Shown: piece by piece, positions 9,583 through 18,855 of the stretch
How the letters are laid out: each line of letters opens with the position of its first letter
Position numbering within the stretch: the stretch's first letter is position 1
Source of the DNA: Candidatus Micrarchaeota archaeon
GTDB lineage: Archaea > Micrarchaeota > Micrarchaeia > Anstonellales > Bilamarchaeaceae
Assembly: GCA_040753215.1 (NCBI GenBank)
Contig: JBFMEZ010000013.1
Coordinates: forward strand, 32,001 to 96,000
Direction of reading: 5' to 3'
DNA length: 64,000 bases
The notes under the pieces: model-generated
Database searches by the model: none
Told to the model about the DNA's origin: nothing
The model's input: the letters and a program-made list of their open reading frames with translations, nothing else
Translations under genes and position numbers: made by a program

Positions 9583-10923
9583 TCACCCGCTCTGGTTTAA
9601 CTGGTTAAGGCAATTGATGTATTCCGGAGTCTCCCTCCACGAGCAGCTTCCCTGCACGCACCCGCACGTGGTCTGCGCGTAGCATGCGTATTCGGGCCGG
9701 TATTCGCACGTGGTCACAATCCCCGGCGCTTCGGAGGCAGCCACGCAGAGCTGGGAGGAGCATCCGGCCCTCGCGCAGTCCGAATCCACGGTGCAGCCCG
9801 CGCTTATGTTCAGGGCGTCGCACTGCTGCCTCAGTGCCGCATCCAGTATGCGGCCGCAGAAGCTGCTGTCCTGCAGCGAATTCGCAAACTCCAGGTAGCA
9901 CGCATCCTTCATCTCCGCGCCCACATCATTGCAGACCGATGGGTCCCCCGCGCCCAGCCCCGCATTTATCAGGCAGAAATCCTTCTCGCTTCCCGCCTCG
10001 CTGCACAGCGCCGGGTTTTCCCATATTATCGCGGCTTCGGCAATGCACCTTTCCGTCTCGTTGCCCGCCAGGCAGGCGATGTAGCTCTCCGCAACCCTGC
10101 TTATCCCGGTGTAGAAATCCACGAGCTCGCTTTCATCCACGAATGCGGACGGCTTCTGCACGTCAAGCCCGCTTCCCCAGCTCCAGTCCAGCGTCCGTGT
10201 CTCCAGCCACACAGGCTCGCCCATGTCTGTGAATTCCACCCTCTTTTCAAGCATATCGTAGGTAACGGGGTCTATGCACATTGAATAGTTGTATTGCCTT
10301 GAGCGCAGGAGGAGCGGGTCGTTCACATCCATCCCTATCTCATTGAGCTGCGCGACCGTGAGCCGGGAGTAATCGATGCGGTATCCCACCTCCGTGCAGG
10401 CATGCCCGCCCACCGTCTTCTCTTCAGTTCCCGCATCAAATTCCATGCCGCCGTATTGCATGAGCTTCCTGTAGCGCTCGTCCTGCGCCCTCACGGCATC
10501 ATCATCGAAAAGGAGGGCCCTCAGGGAGCTCGCGTACCCGACGAACCGGGAGGTGCCGTTAACCGGCGCGCACTTCTCCTCATCCATGTATTTTATGCAC
10601 ACTATTGTCCCGTTCCCCTCAAAATAGCCGGACCTTTCAGATATGAGGTCCTTCTTGTACACGTAGGAGAGGTCTCCCTTCCTGGAAGCGGTCACCTCCG
10701 CCCAGTAGCCGGAGCTCTGCGCCTCCCTGTAGGAGTATGTGTAGTCGCCTGCCCCCAGCGGCTTTTCCACGGCCTCCAGGAAAAGCTCCGCGGCTTCCGC
10801 GCCTTCCCCGCCTCCTTCAGGCGGCGCGGTGCCGCCAAGCGCGCCCGCGGCGATGTAAATCCCTGCGGCCACCAGCAGGACTACGATTATGGATATTGCC
10901 GGATAGAGGATATTCTTGTCCAG
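9583..10923 (-). CDS. secreted/membrane-anchored protein with C-terminal eight-cysteine-cluster domain
   Basis: CTVDSDCARAGCSSQLC...TTCEYRPEYACY...CGCVQGSCSW plus Cys-rich repeats; the N-terminal TM helix extends upstream of the GTG at 10872 to a CTG at 10923. Confidence 0.8.
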   Translation of the reverse strand: MDKNILYPAISIIVVLLVAAGIYIAAGALGGTAPPEGGGEGAEAAELFLEAVEKPLGAGDYTYSYREAQSSGYWAEVTASRKGDLSYVYKKDLISERSGYFEGNGTIVCIKYMDEEKCAPVNGTSRFVGYASSLRALLFDDDAVRAQDERYRKLMQYGGMEFDAGTEEKTVGGHACTEVGYRIDYSRLTVAQLNEIGMDVNDPLLLRSRQYNYSMCIDPVTYDMLEKRVEFTDMGEPVWLETRTLDWSWGSGLDVQKPSAFVDESELVDFYTGISRVAESYIACLAGNETERCIAEAAIIWENPALCSEAGSEKDFCLINAGLGAGDPSVCNDVGAEMKDACYLEFANSLQDSSFCGRILDAALRQQCDALNISAGCTVDSDCARAGCSSQLCVAASEAPGIVTTCEYRPEYACYAQTTCGCVQGSCSWRETPEYINCLNQLNQSG

Positions 10924-10927
10924 AAAA

Positions 10928-12082
10928 TCACCGTCCAGAAAGTATCTTGATTATATCAGAGTCTTTTAATACGTATTCTTTTCCCACGCGCCTTCCCGTG
11001 CGGGCGTCTATCGCGCCTATGAATTTCTTCGCAAGGTCTGTGTGCACCCTCTCTGCAAGGCCCAGGGCGGTGCTTCCCTCTTCCATAAGGTGCACGTTCG
11101 GGAGGAGGTTCCCCTTCCTGTCCTCCCATTTGCTTTCGTCCTCCACCGGGTAGGCGGCAATCTGGCGCAGCCCCCAGAACACCAGCTCCTCCAGCGCATG
11201 CTGCACCCCCGTCCCCCCGTTGGAAGAAATGTAATCCTTAATCTTGCGCAGCGCCTCCTCCTGCTCCCTGCTCGCCTTCAGAATCCTGAAGTCCGAATCC
11301 CCGGGCCAGTACTCTATGCTTCCCGCCTTCGCAGCTTTGCGTAGCACAAGCTCATAAAGCGCAGAGCACGGAACCACCTTCTTACCATGCAGTTCCTTCT
11401 GCAGCGCCTTCAGGTCCGCTCCGGAATCCATCTTGTTCGCGGCAACCACCATCGGCTTCTTTTCCAGCATTTTTTTCGCGAAGGAGAGCCGCTCCGCCTC
11501 GCCCCACTCAATCCTCTCAATGGGCAAGCCCAGCTCCTTTGCAATCCTCTCCGCCTGCGGAAGCGTGACCTTCAAACCAGTGAGCACCTCCGCAAGCTCC
11601 GCAATCCCCCTTCCCTTCACTTTTTTCCAGTTCTTTTCAATTATCCCGAATATCCACTGCTCCAGCTCCAGTTGCAAAAACCGGACTTCGTCCGCGGGGT
11701 CCGCGCCCTGCGTGGGATTGCCCTCCAAATCGCTCCTGCCGCTCCCGTCCACCACCTGTATGAATCCGTCCGCGGTCCGAAGGTCGTCCAGGAATTGCAA
11801 TCCCAGCCCGCGGCCCTTGTGCGCCTCAGGCACAAGCCCGGCAACGTCCAATAATTTTACGGGCACATACCGCGTCCCATTTTCACATACAGAATCCTGC
11901 GGGTTGCATTTCCTGCCCTTCTCGGAATGCGGGCATTTCTTCCGCACGTGCCCAACGCCCGTGTTCGGCTCAAGAGTGGTGAAAGGATATGGTGCTATTT
12001 TCGCATCAACAAGGGTAAGGGAAGAGAAGAAGGTGCTCTTTCCGGAATTGGGCTTGCCCACTATGCCTATGAGAAGGGACAT
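10928..12082 (-). CDS. ychF: YchF/Ola1 (OBG family) translation-associated NTPase with TGS domain
   Basis: GKPNSGKST, YPFTT, DVAGLVP, NKMD, VHTDL. Confidence 0.95.
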   Translation of the reverse strand: MSLLIGIVGKPNSGKSTFFSSLTLVDAKIAPYPFTTLEPNTGVGHVRKKCPHSEKGRKCNPQDSVCENGTRYVPVKLLDVAGLVPEAHKGRGLGLQFLDDLRTADGFIQVVDGSGRSDLEGNPTQGADPADEVRFLQLELEQWIFGIIEKNWKKVKGRGIAELAEVLTGLKVTLPQAERIAKELGLPIERIEWGEAERLSFAKKMLEKKPMVVAANKMDSGADLKALQKELHGKKVVPCSALYELVLRKAAKAGSIEYWPGDSDFRILKASREQEEALRKIKDYISSNGGTGVQHALEELVFWGLRQIAAYPVEDESKWEDRKGNLLPNVHLMEEGSTALGLAERVHTDLAKKFIGAIDARTGRRVGKEYVLKDSDIIKILSGR

Positions 12083-12106
12083 GAGCAGGATTTGGATGGA
12101 AAAGCT

Positions 12107-13006
12107 TTAATTAGGCGAATCCGCACTTTCACAGCCTTTCTTCTCTTCAAGCCCGACTATCCCGGCGATCGCTTCCAGCAACCTGTCCGAATCGCTCCCC
12201 GCACTGCGCAGCCTGGCAAGCGAATCAGCCTCCGTAAATCTCCTTATGAGCGCGGAGGCGATCTGCCCATCGCTCTCATCCCTCACAGCCAGCCCAAGGT
12301 AGTGGTCAAGGGAAACAACCGCCTGCGGGCAGCATCCGGCGAGCACCCTGCACGCATCCACATACTCGCTTAGCAGCGCAAGCCTCTCACAGTGCTCTGC
12401 GAAGCTTGTCCCGCCAATCCTGAAAACCCCATGGAAGAATGAATTCGGTCCCCACCCGTCATTCGCCGCCCTTGCAAGCACCCTTGCGGTATGCGCCACA
12501 TCCCTGCGCCTGCCCAGCTCCGCGCCCATTATCACATCCGCGAACCCGAACTCCTCCATGGCGCACACCCTCATGAACTCGAATCCGGAAAGCATGCTGC
12601 CGTCCCTGAATCCCTGCACATGCCAGGGATTTCTTGCGATCCTGCGGGCCGTTTCGCTAGCGTGGAAGAATGCATCCTCGCTGCGGGTGTTTACCAGGAT
12701 GCAGACCACGAATGATGCGACCCTGTGCGGCTCCATCCCGGCAAAGCCGCCGAGAAGCCGGCGCACCTCCCTCTCCGCCCTCGCCTCCGCATCCATCGCC
12801 TGGAAGAGTAGCTTACCCATCCCCTCGCCGAGCCTTCCCCTTTCCGCGAATATCTCCACGGGAAGGGCCGGATGGAATTCGGCGCGCATCGCCTTTTCCA
12901 CAAGCGGGTCCCTGCTGCCGAACATCTCCCTTGCGATTGCCACGAGCGCCTGCTTCAGGTGGCCGGGGCCCAGGTGTTCGTGGAATGCGGGGTTTCTTGT
13001 GGTCAT
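12107..13006 (-). CDS. hypothetical protein
   Basis: 299-aa ORF divergent from the 5S rRNA; no recognisable motif. Confidence 0.6.
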   Translation of the reverse strand: MTTRNPAFHEHLGPGHLKQALVAIAREMFGSRDPLVEKAMRAEFHPALPVEIFAERGRLGEGMGKLLFQAMDAEARAEREVRRLLGGFAGMEPHRVASFVVCILVNTRSEDAFFHASETARRIARNPWHVQGFRDGSMLSGFEFMRVCAMEEFGFADVIMGAELGRRRDVAHTARVLARAANDGWGPNSFFHGVFRIGGTSFAEHCERLALLSEYVDACRVLAGCCPQAVVSLDHYLGLAVRDESDGQIASALIRRFTEADSLARLRSAGSDSDRLLEAIAGIVGLEEKKGCESADSPN

Positions 13007-13063
13007 AGTAGATTACTAATGTATGAGTATATTTTATAAACCCTTTTCAGCTATCAATAATTT

Positions 13064-13177
<114 letters not shown>

Positions 13178-13417
13178 TCCTTTTTACACCGTAAAGCTCG
13201 CCATAGCTCGCTTTACTCTGCCGTTGGGTTGCCCTCGCTCACTCCTCGTTCGCTCGGGCGCAAAAAGGAGACCAAAAACCTCCAACCATGTGATTTCACT
13301 ACTTAGTCAGTTGTGGCTTACATGGATGGGACTATAGACCGATGTTTGCGAACCGGTGAACAAAAACCTCAAACCGTCCGCCGACACATTTATAATTTTC
13401 TCTCTATAAATCTGCGC

Positions 13418-14212
13418 ATGGCACTTGAAGAATTGTTCGGGGTGTGCATAATCCCGGTTCTGGTTTTGGCGGGCATTGTTCTTTTGATTTCGGTGAGGAT
13501 AATATTTGAATACCAGAGGGGAATCCTCTTCAGGCTGGGGAAGTTCAGCGGGGTTGTGGAGCCCGGCCTTCGAATTATATTCCCAATCATAGACACCCTC
13601 CGCGTGGTGGACGTCCGCATAAAGACCGTGGACATCCCGAAGCAGGAAGTGATGACCAGGGACAACGTGCCGGTGAGCGTCAATGCGGTGGTTTATTTCC
13701 GCATAGAGAGCCCGGAGAAGGCTGTGCTGCAGATAGAGGACTTCACCTATGCGGTTGCGCAGTACGGGCAGACCGCGCTCAGGGACGTAATAGGCAACAA
13801 AGAGCTGGACTTCGTGCTCACGGAAAGGGACAGGATTGCAGATGAGATAAAGGCAATAGTGGACAAGGAAACCGGGAACTGGGGAGTGGACATAACAGCA
13901 ATCAAGATACAGGATATCGAGCTTCCGGCGGACATGAAGAGGGCAATGGCCAGGCAGGCGGAGGCCGAGAGGGAGCGGAGGGCGACGATAATCATGAGCG
14001 AGGGGGAGAAGGTCGCGGCAGATAACCTCTCCGAGGCGGCCAGGAAGCTTGGCGCGGCGCCCGGCGCGCTCCACCTGCGCACCCTCCAGACTGTTTCCGA
14101 TGTATCTGCGGACCAGAGCAATACCATTGTGGTGGCGCTTCCCATAGAAGTTCTGGAAGCGATAAAGGGCTTCGCCCTGAAGAAGGCCCCTAAAGAGGAG
14201 AAGAAGGCATAA
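13418..14212 (+). CDS. SPFH/band 7 (slipin/stomatin-like) protein
   Basis: EYQRGILFRLGK, TRDNVPVSVNAVVYF, AMARQAEAERERRA. Confidence 0.95.
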   Translation: MALEELFGVCIIPVLVLAGIVLLISVRIIFEYQRGILFRLGKFSGVVEPGLRIIFPIIDTLRVVDVRIKTVDIPKQEVMTRDNVPVSVNAVVYFRIESPEKAVLQIEDFTYAVAQYGQTALRDVIGNKELDFVLTERDRIADEIKAIVDKETGNWGVDITAIKIQDIELPADMKRAMARQAEAERERRATIIMSEGEKVAADNLSEAARKLGAAPGALHLRTLQTVSDVSADQSNTIVVALPIEVLEAIKGFALKKAPKEEKKA

Positions 14213-14213
14213 G

Positions 14214-15077
14214 CTACCTAATTTCTCTTGCCATCTTCCAGTAATGGTAGTTTATCGGAAGCGTGATAGTGAGCTTTATGCTTATGTATGCAACCAGGAC
14301 TGCAAACAGATAAACGGTTCCGGCTGCAATCAGCACGATATTCAGTGCCGCATTGCCTGCCGCAAGCGCAATCCATATGCCTGCAAGGAGCGGCACAAGG
14401 ATTAGTATCGCTGCGGGAATGAGCAGAACCAACTGCACTATTGTTGAGAATATCCCCCCGATTATGTGGAAGAGGAATGTCTCCAGCAGGGTTCTTTTCA
14501 CTATCCCGGCGGAGTTTTCTATGCTCCGTACCACTGCTGCCCTTGCAACCACAAGCTCGAAAAGCGCAAACTGCAGGACAAATCCGATAACGAACAAAGC
14601 CGCGTAATAGTAGAACTGGGAAGCGAGGCTGAGCGCTATGGAGGCCAAGACATTTCCGCTTGTCTCCCCAAGGACCCTTGCAACCAACGAAGGGAGAAAG
14701 ACAAAAATCCCGATTATAAGCCAGAGGATTGTTGTATATGCTGCAACCGGAAGGAGGTTTTTTCCGAAATCGCCCAGCACTTCGTGCCTTGCCCCGGAAA
14801 TCTCTTCATCGATAATATTGTAGGACACGCTTGATGCGGCGGCTGAAACCAGCACGAACACCAGCATCGCAAAGGCTCCGGCAGCAACGGCTGCGATGGG
14901 TTCCCCTGCCCCGGCTCCCGCGGTTATGACAAGGAATCCTGCGATTACGGAAACCGCAACAAAAGCGAATGCAAGCGCATTCACCTTCAGGAATTCCCTT
15001 AAGATTCCTTTCCAGTGCGCTCCGGTGAGAGAGAATCCCCTCCTGAATGCTTCTGTTATCATGTTCAGGTTCGCCAT
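14214..15077 (-). CDS. multi-pass membrane protein
   Basis: About six hydrophobic segments. Confidence 0.7.
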   Translation of the reverse strand: MANLNMITEAFRRGFSLTGAHWKGILREFLKVNALAFAFVAVSVIAGFLVITAGAGAGEPIAAVAAGAFAMLVFVLVSAAASSVSYNIIDEEISGARHEVLGDFGKNLLPVAAYTTILWLIIGIFVFLPSLVARVLGETSGNVLASIALSLASQFYYYAALFVIGFVLQFALFELVVARAAVVRSIENSAGIVKRTLLETFLFHIIGGIFSTIVQLVLLIPAAILILVPLLAGIWIALAAGNAALNIVLIAAGTVYLFAVLVAYISIKLTITLPINYHYWKMAREIR

Positions 15078-15128
15078 AGGCCCGTTTCCGAATTTCCAAT
15101 TAAAAATCTATACGCACAATCTTTTCCC

Positions 15129-15998
15129 ATGCACATCCTTTTCTCCTCCAAAAACCCTGCAAGCAACAATATTGCGCAGAGGCTCATGGAGATGGGCTTC
15201 AGCGAAGTTTCCGGTTCTCCGTATCCAGCTTCCAGAACGGGAAACTCAAACCGTGAAGCCCTGGGAAACCAGGGAAACGAAAGGGCGGCTTCACGGTTTG
15301 ACAGGGAACAGGAAACCGGATACTGGGCTTGGAAAGGCCACAGGATGCTGGACACAAAGGTCGGGCTTATCCTTGATGTGCCCACGGATTGGGATGCGGA
15401 TTGGCTTTTGGTGCTCTCCACGCACAGAAGCGAGAAGAAATTCCCCGCATTTACTGTGCACATTCCGGGCAACTGGGACAAGGCGGAGATGGGAGGCGAG
15501 CCCCGCACCCTCAACATTGCGTATGCGAGCAGGATGAAGGATTTGCTTCTTGCGCTTAGGGAGAAGAATACTCTGGGGTGGAATGTGAACCAAGAGGTCG
15601 ACCATCATGGCCCCACCTGTAAACTTCCGATAATATTCATAGAAATAGGGAGTTCGGAGGAGGAATGGGTGAACCCTAAGGCGGCGGAAATAGTTGCGGA
15701 AGCGGTGATAGATTCCATAAATGAGAAGAAGCTCTATCCATCCTATGTTGGAGCGGGAGGGGGGCATTATGCGCCCTTCTTCACGAAATTGATGCTGGAA
15801 TCCGAGGATGCGTTCGGGCACATAATTCCAAAATACCAGGCGGCGAACATCGGTGCGGATACGCTGAAGCAAGCGAAGGAGAAGAATGTGGAGAGGGTGG
15901 ATACGCTGGTTTATGAAAACAAATCCTTCAGGGCAGGCGAGCGGGACAGGTTGTTTTCGATAGCGAAAGAGATTGGGCTGGAAGTTGAGATTCGCTAG
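15129..15998 (+). CDS. dtdA: D-aminoacyl-tRNA deacylase with ~39-aa repeat-derived in-frame insertion
   Basis: LSTHRS, TVHIPGN, EVDHHGP, FIEIGS, GGGHYAP, GHIIPKY. Confidence 0.93.
   Translation: MHILFSSKNPASNNIAQRLMEMGFSEVSGSPYPASRTGNSNREALGNQGNERAASRFDREQETGYWAWKGHRMLDTKVGLILDVPTDWDADWLLVLSTHRSEKKFPAFTVHIPGNWDKAEMGGEPRTLNIAYASRMKDLLLALREKNTLGWNVNQEVDHHGPTCKLPIIFIEIGSSEEEWVNPKAAEIVAEAVIDSINEKKLYPSYVGAGGGHYAPFFTKLMLESEDAFGHIIPKYQAANIGADTLKQAKEKNVERVDTLVYENKSFRAGERDRLFSIAKEIGLEVEIR
15207..15323. repeat. inverted 7-mer array with nested 56-nt hairpin, inside dtdA
   Basis: GTTTCCG-like units, then TCAAACCGTGAAGCC...GGCTTCACGGTTTGA (15246-15301), then GGAAAC-like units; 117 nt keeps the frame. 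Confidence 0.85.
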
Positions 15999-16552
15999 CC
16001 GAGTCCTGCCTTTATCTTTTCCAGAAGCATTTCGAATTTCGTATAGCCTGCCTTTTCGTTGAAATGCCCCGCGCTCTTTACAAGAATGATTTCCGTGCCC
16101 AGGTTCTTCGCCAGCTCTTCCGCCTTTTCCAGGGGAACGTATGGGTCGTTATCAGAGTGGAAAACATAGAACTTTTTGCAGTTGTCCCTTATCGCCTTCC
16201 AATCGAACTTTTTTTCAACGAATGTGGTCATTATCTCAGCAAACTCATTTTCGGGAAGAGAACAAAATCCAGCAACAAAGAATGCGGCTTTTGCAGGCTT
16301 TCTCTCCAGCACGCTGAGCAGGAACGGAACCCCCAGACTATGCCCCACAACTATGGAATTCCCATCGATGTATTTCTCATAGTCCTGAAAAACCTTCAGC
16401 CATCTTTCCAGCGTCTGGTTTTCCGGCGTGGGAAATTTCGGAACAAATACTCTGCAGCCCAGCTTTTCAAGTTCGGATTTCAGCCACGGAAACCAGTTCT
16501 CACCCGGGTAGCCGTAAGCCCCGTGGATTATGAATATGTTGCTCTTTGCCAT
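15995..16552 (-). CDS. RBBP9/YdeN family alpha/beta hydrolase
   Basis: IIHG..NWFPWL, GHSLG, SDNDPYV, AGHF. Confidence 0.92.
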   Translation of the reverse strand: MAKSNIFIIHGAYGYPGENWFPWLKSELEKLGCRVFVPKFPTPENQTLERWLKVFQDYEKYIDGNSIVVGHSLGVPFLLSVLERKPAKAAFFVAGFCSLPENEFAEIMTTFVEKKFDWKAIRDNCKKFYVFHSDNDPYVPLEKAEELAKNLGTEIILVKSAGHFNEKAGYTKFEMLLEKIKAGLG

Positions 16553-16591
16553 CGGCTGGTGTTTGCACCCAACCTATAAAAACCAGCATCC

Positions 16592-16676
16592 CGGGAACCG
16601 GAAACTCAAACCGTGAAGCCCTGAGAAAAAGAGGGAAACGAATGGGCGGCTTCACGGTTTAACCGAAAACTGAAAA
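16592..16676. repeat. 7-mer array with nested hairpin element downstream of tRNA-Gln
   Basis: GGAAACTCAAACCGTGAAGCC...GGCTTCACGGTTT, near-identical to the dtdA copy. Confidence 0.85.
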
Positions 16677-16782
16677 TAGCCCCGACCGGATTCGAACCGG
16701 TGTCCGAAGGTCCAGAGCCTTCTTTCAGGACCGGGGTGGCTCGCGCCGCCCGGGTTATCCTTGACCACTAGACGACGGGGCT
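16677..16782 (-). tRNA. tRNA-Gln(CTG) with 33-nt non-canonical intron (about position 25/26; 16724-16756)
   Basis: AGCCCCG/CGGGGCT acceptor, GAAGG-CTCTGGA-CCTTC anticodon arm, TTCGAAT T-loop; removing the insert gives a 73-nt tRNA. Confidence 0.9.
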
Positions 16783-16790
16783 AGCGTTAC

Positions 16791-17360
16791 TTAAAGCGTT
16801 AAAACCTTTCTTAAATCTAACTCTCCGGGCTTCACAATCACAGTCTTCACTTCCGCGCTCTCCCCCGCACCTCTGTCCCAAAAACTGTCCCCTATGAATA
16901 CCACATCCTCCCTCCCAAACCCAAGCTCATCCATCAGGCTGAAAATCATATCCGGGTGCGGCTTCGCTTTTTGCACGACGTTCCTTCCTCTTATCGCATC
17001 CACCTCAAACCCGGCCTTCTCCGCAATCCCCTGTATCAAAGGCACATTATTGTTAGAAGCAATCCCAACCTTGTGCCCGCGCTTCTTAAGCTCCTTCAGG
17101 ATCTCCCTCGCCTGTGCGTAGATGAGATATTCGGAATTATCCAGGCATTCCTTTTCATATTTCCAGAAAATCCCGTCCACAACCTTCTTCCTTCCCAGTG
17201 TATCGGAAACCTGGTTTGCGAGAAGGGCGATGTGGGTTTTGGGGTCCAGCTCTAGCCCTTCCTTCAGCCCGTATTCCAGCACTTCCTGCTTCACCACGTC
17301 CCAGTCTATCCACAGGTGGGCAAGCGTATCATCCAGGTCGAAAATGAATAGCTTTGGCAT
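16791..17360 (-). CDS. HAD family hydrolase (phosphoglycolate phosphatase-like)
   Basis: FDLDDT, ASNN, KPHP, IGDSFWD; start is MPKLFIF (the ORF-track extension is tRNA-Cys). Confidence 0.9.
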   Translation of the reverse strand: MPKLFIFDLDDTLAHLWIDWDVVKQEVLEYGLKEGLELDPKTHIALLANQVSDTLGRKKVVDGIFWKYEKECLDNSEYLIYAQAREILKELKKRGHKVGIASNNNVPLIQGIAEKAGFEVDAIRGRNVVQKAKPHPDMIFSLMDELGFGREDVVFIGDSFWDRGAGESAEVKTVIVKPGELDLRKVLTL

Positions 17361-17361
17361 T

Positions 17362-17460
17362 AGCCAGGGGAGGGAATCGAACCCCCCTATGCCGGTTTCT
17401 TCTGTGGGATTTCTCCCCCTGGAGCTGCAGCCGGCCACATAGCCTATCTGTCACCCTGGC
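17362..17460 (-). tRNA. tRNA-Cys(GCA) with 28-nt canonical 37/38 intron
   Basis: GCCAGGG/CCCTGGC acceptor, U discriminator, GCCGG-CTGCAG[intron]A-CCGGC. Confidence 0.92.
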
Positions 17461-17509
17461 AGGCCAGTTTCCGGTTTCCAGTTCCCGGTTTCCAGAATCT
17501 GGCCTGGCA
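17461..17509. repeat. 7-mer array in the tRNA-Cys leader, flanked by a duplicated TGCCAGG
   Basis: CAGTTTC CGGTTTC CAGTTCC CGGTTTC between two CCTGGCA copies. Confidence 0.7.
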
Positions 17510-17562
17510 ATACTCTGGTGGGATTAAGGTATTAAAAAGCTACGCCGCTATTTTACCCTGCT

Positions 17563-17668
17563 GGGCCCATAGCTCAGGCTGGTTAGAGCGACGGTCTTAT
17601 ATGGCCTGCTCTAATACAACAGGTTCTAAGACAGCCGTAGGTCTGGAGTTCAAATCTCCATGGGCCCA
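17563..17668 (+). tRNA. tRNA-Ile(TAT) with 31-nt 37/38 intron (17602-17632)
   Basis: GGGCCCA/TGGGCCC acceptor, ACGGT-CTTATA[intron]A-GCCGT; BHB central helix CTTA/TAAG. Confidence 0.93.
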
Positions 17669-18082
17669 ATCTCATTAATTTTGTTGCCGGTTTCCGGTTT
17701 CCCGTTTCCGGAAACTACGTCTGCAAAATTAGGTTTTTCTATTTCCTTTTTTGGCTTGTTTTTGGGGGGTTTCAAATATCTTGGGTTTTGGGCCCTACGG
17801 TTTTTGAAATCCATATGTTTTTCACCTCATTTCTTGATATTTTTTCTTGATGTTTTTATACTTTTAGGGAGCATGTTTCCGATTAACACGCTCCGCTAGG
17901 CACGCCTGTTGCACGAGACGCGTCAGGCAACGGCCGAAAAAGCCTAGCGCGGAGCCGGTTTCACCTTATAACGTTCTGTATCGCTTCGCGATAACTGGCA
18001 GAAACCAGCGGGTTTCCGCCATCCGGTTCCTTGCTTTGGGGCTTATTTCAGCCTCAATCCATTCCAATTTCAAATTTCCTAG

Positions 18083-18445
18083 CTAATCATCGTCATCACC
18101 CCCACTTATCGCGTGTTTGAGCTTGCAAAGCATCGAACGGACACGCACTAGGCAAGACATGAAATTGAGATGCTCCCTCTGCGGGATGATTTTCAGGGAA
18201 TTGCACAAGTCGAGCCAATATTCGGTTTCGTTGGCTTCGCCTATGCAGGTAACCAGCTTCTGGTTCTGTGCCTTCTTGGAATCAATCGCTCCCATCTCCG
18301 CCAGGTTCGCGCAGATGGAAGACGCGGAGGCAAGGAGCTGCTCCTTCGCCCTCCTGCTCATCTGCTTGTCTTCCATAAACTCAAAAATATCTTTTGACAG
18401 GCGGAAAGCCTCCTCATAAACCTTCAAATTCTTGAAGTTCTGCAT
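18083..18445 (-). CDS. four helix bundle protein (23S rRNA IVP / Avd-like)
   Basis: FKNLKVYEEA, QLLASASSICANLAE, GEANETEYWL; start may be 18445 or 18520. Confidence 0.88.
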   Translation of the reverse strand: MQNFKNLKVYEEAFRLSKDIFEFMEDKQMSRRAKEQLLASASSICANLAEMGAIDSKKAQNQKLVTCIGEANETEYWLDLCNSLKIIPQREHLNFMSCLVRVRSMLCKLKHAISGGDDDD

Positions 18446-18824
18446 AACCTCACCATTTTCCGACTTCGCGGCTCTGCTCGTAGAGCGCCCATTTCCTTTC
18501 ATCAACCTCAATTTTCCCATTTTCTTCCATGTTTTTCACCACTTCCCTTCCCCGGCTTCTCCTTTCGGGGAAGTTTTAGAGCGAGCTTCACTCCGAAGCC
18601 CGCGGTTTGACGTTTTACGGGCTGAAAGGAGTGAAGCGAGCAAAACTTTCCCACGTCGCAGAAGCAGAGGTCGCTCGTTCGGTGTGAGCGATTATTCGTT
18701 TAGGCGAAGCCGACCTCGGAGCGAAGGCGAAAATGCACATTAATGGTTTCGGTCATTAGACCGAACCCGAAGGGCTCGACCATTAAGTGCTTTTCGCCGA
18801 AGCGGAGAGGGAAACGATTAATGC

Positions 18825-18855
18825 GAGCACGCCGGAAGGCGAGAACGAGCGACTA
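18825..18855 (+). repeat. module-boundary direct repeat, copy 1
   Basis: GAGCACGCCGGAAGGCGAGAACGAGCGACTA. Confidence 0.85.

Noticed and set aside
15246..15301. Hairpin elements as BHB introns or hammerhead ribozymes
   Set aside because: No paired 3-nt bulges around a 4-bp helix and no CUGANGA core; they also occur intergenically
17361..17438. N-terminal extension of the HAD ORF
   Set aside because: It is the tRNA-Cys sequence
17700..18520. Intact diversity-generating retroelement around the Avd-like gene
   Set aside because: No reverse transcriptase, no AAC-rich template repeat and no TR/VR pair seen in the window
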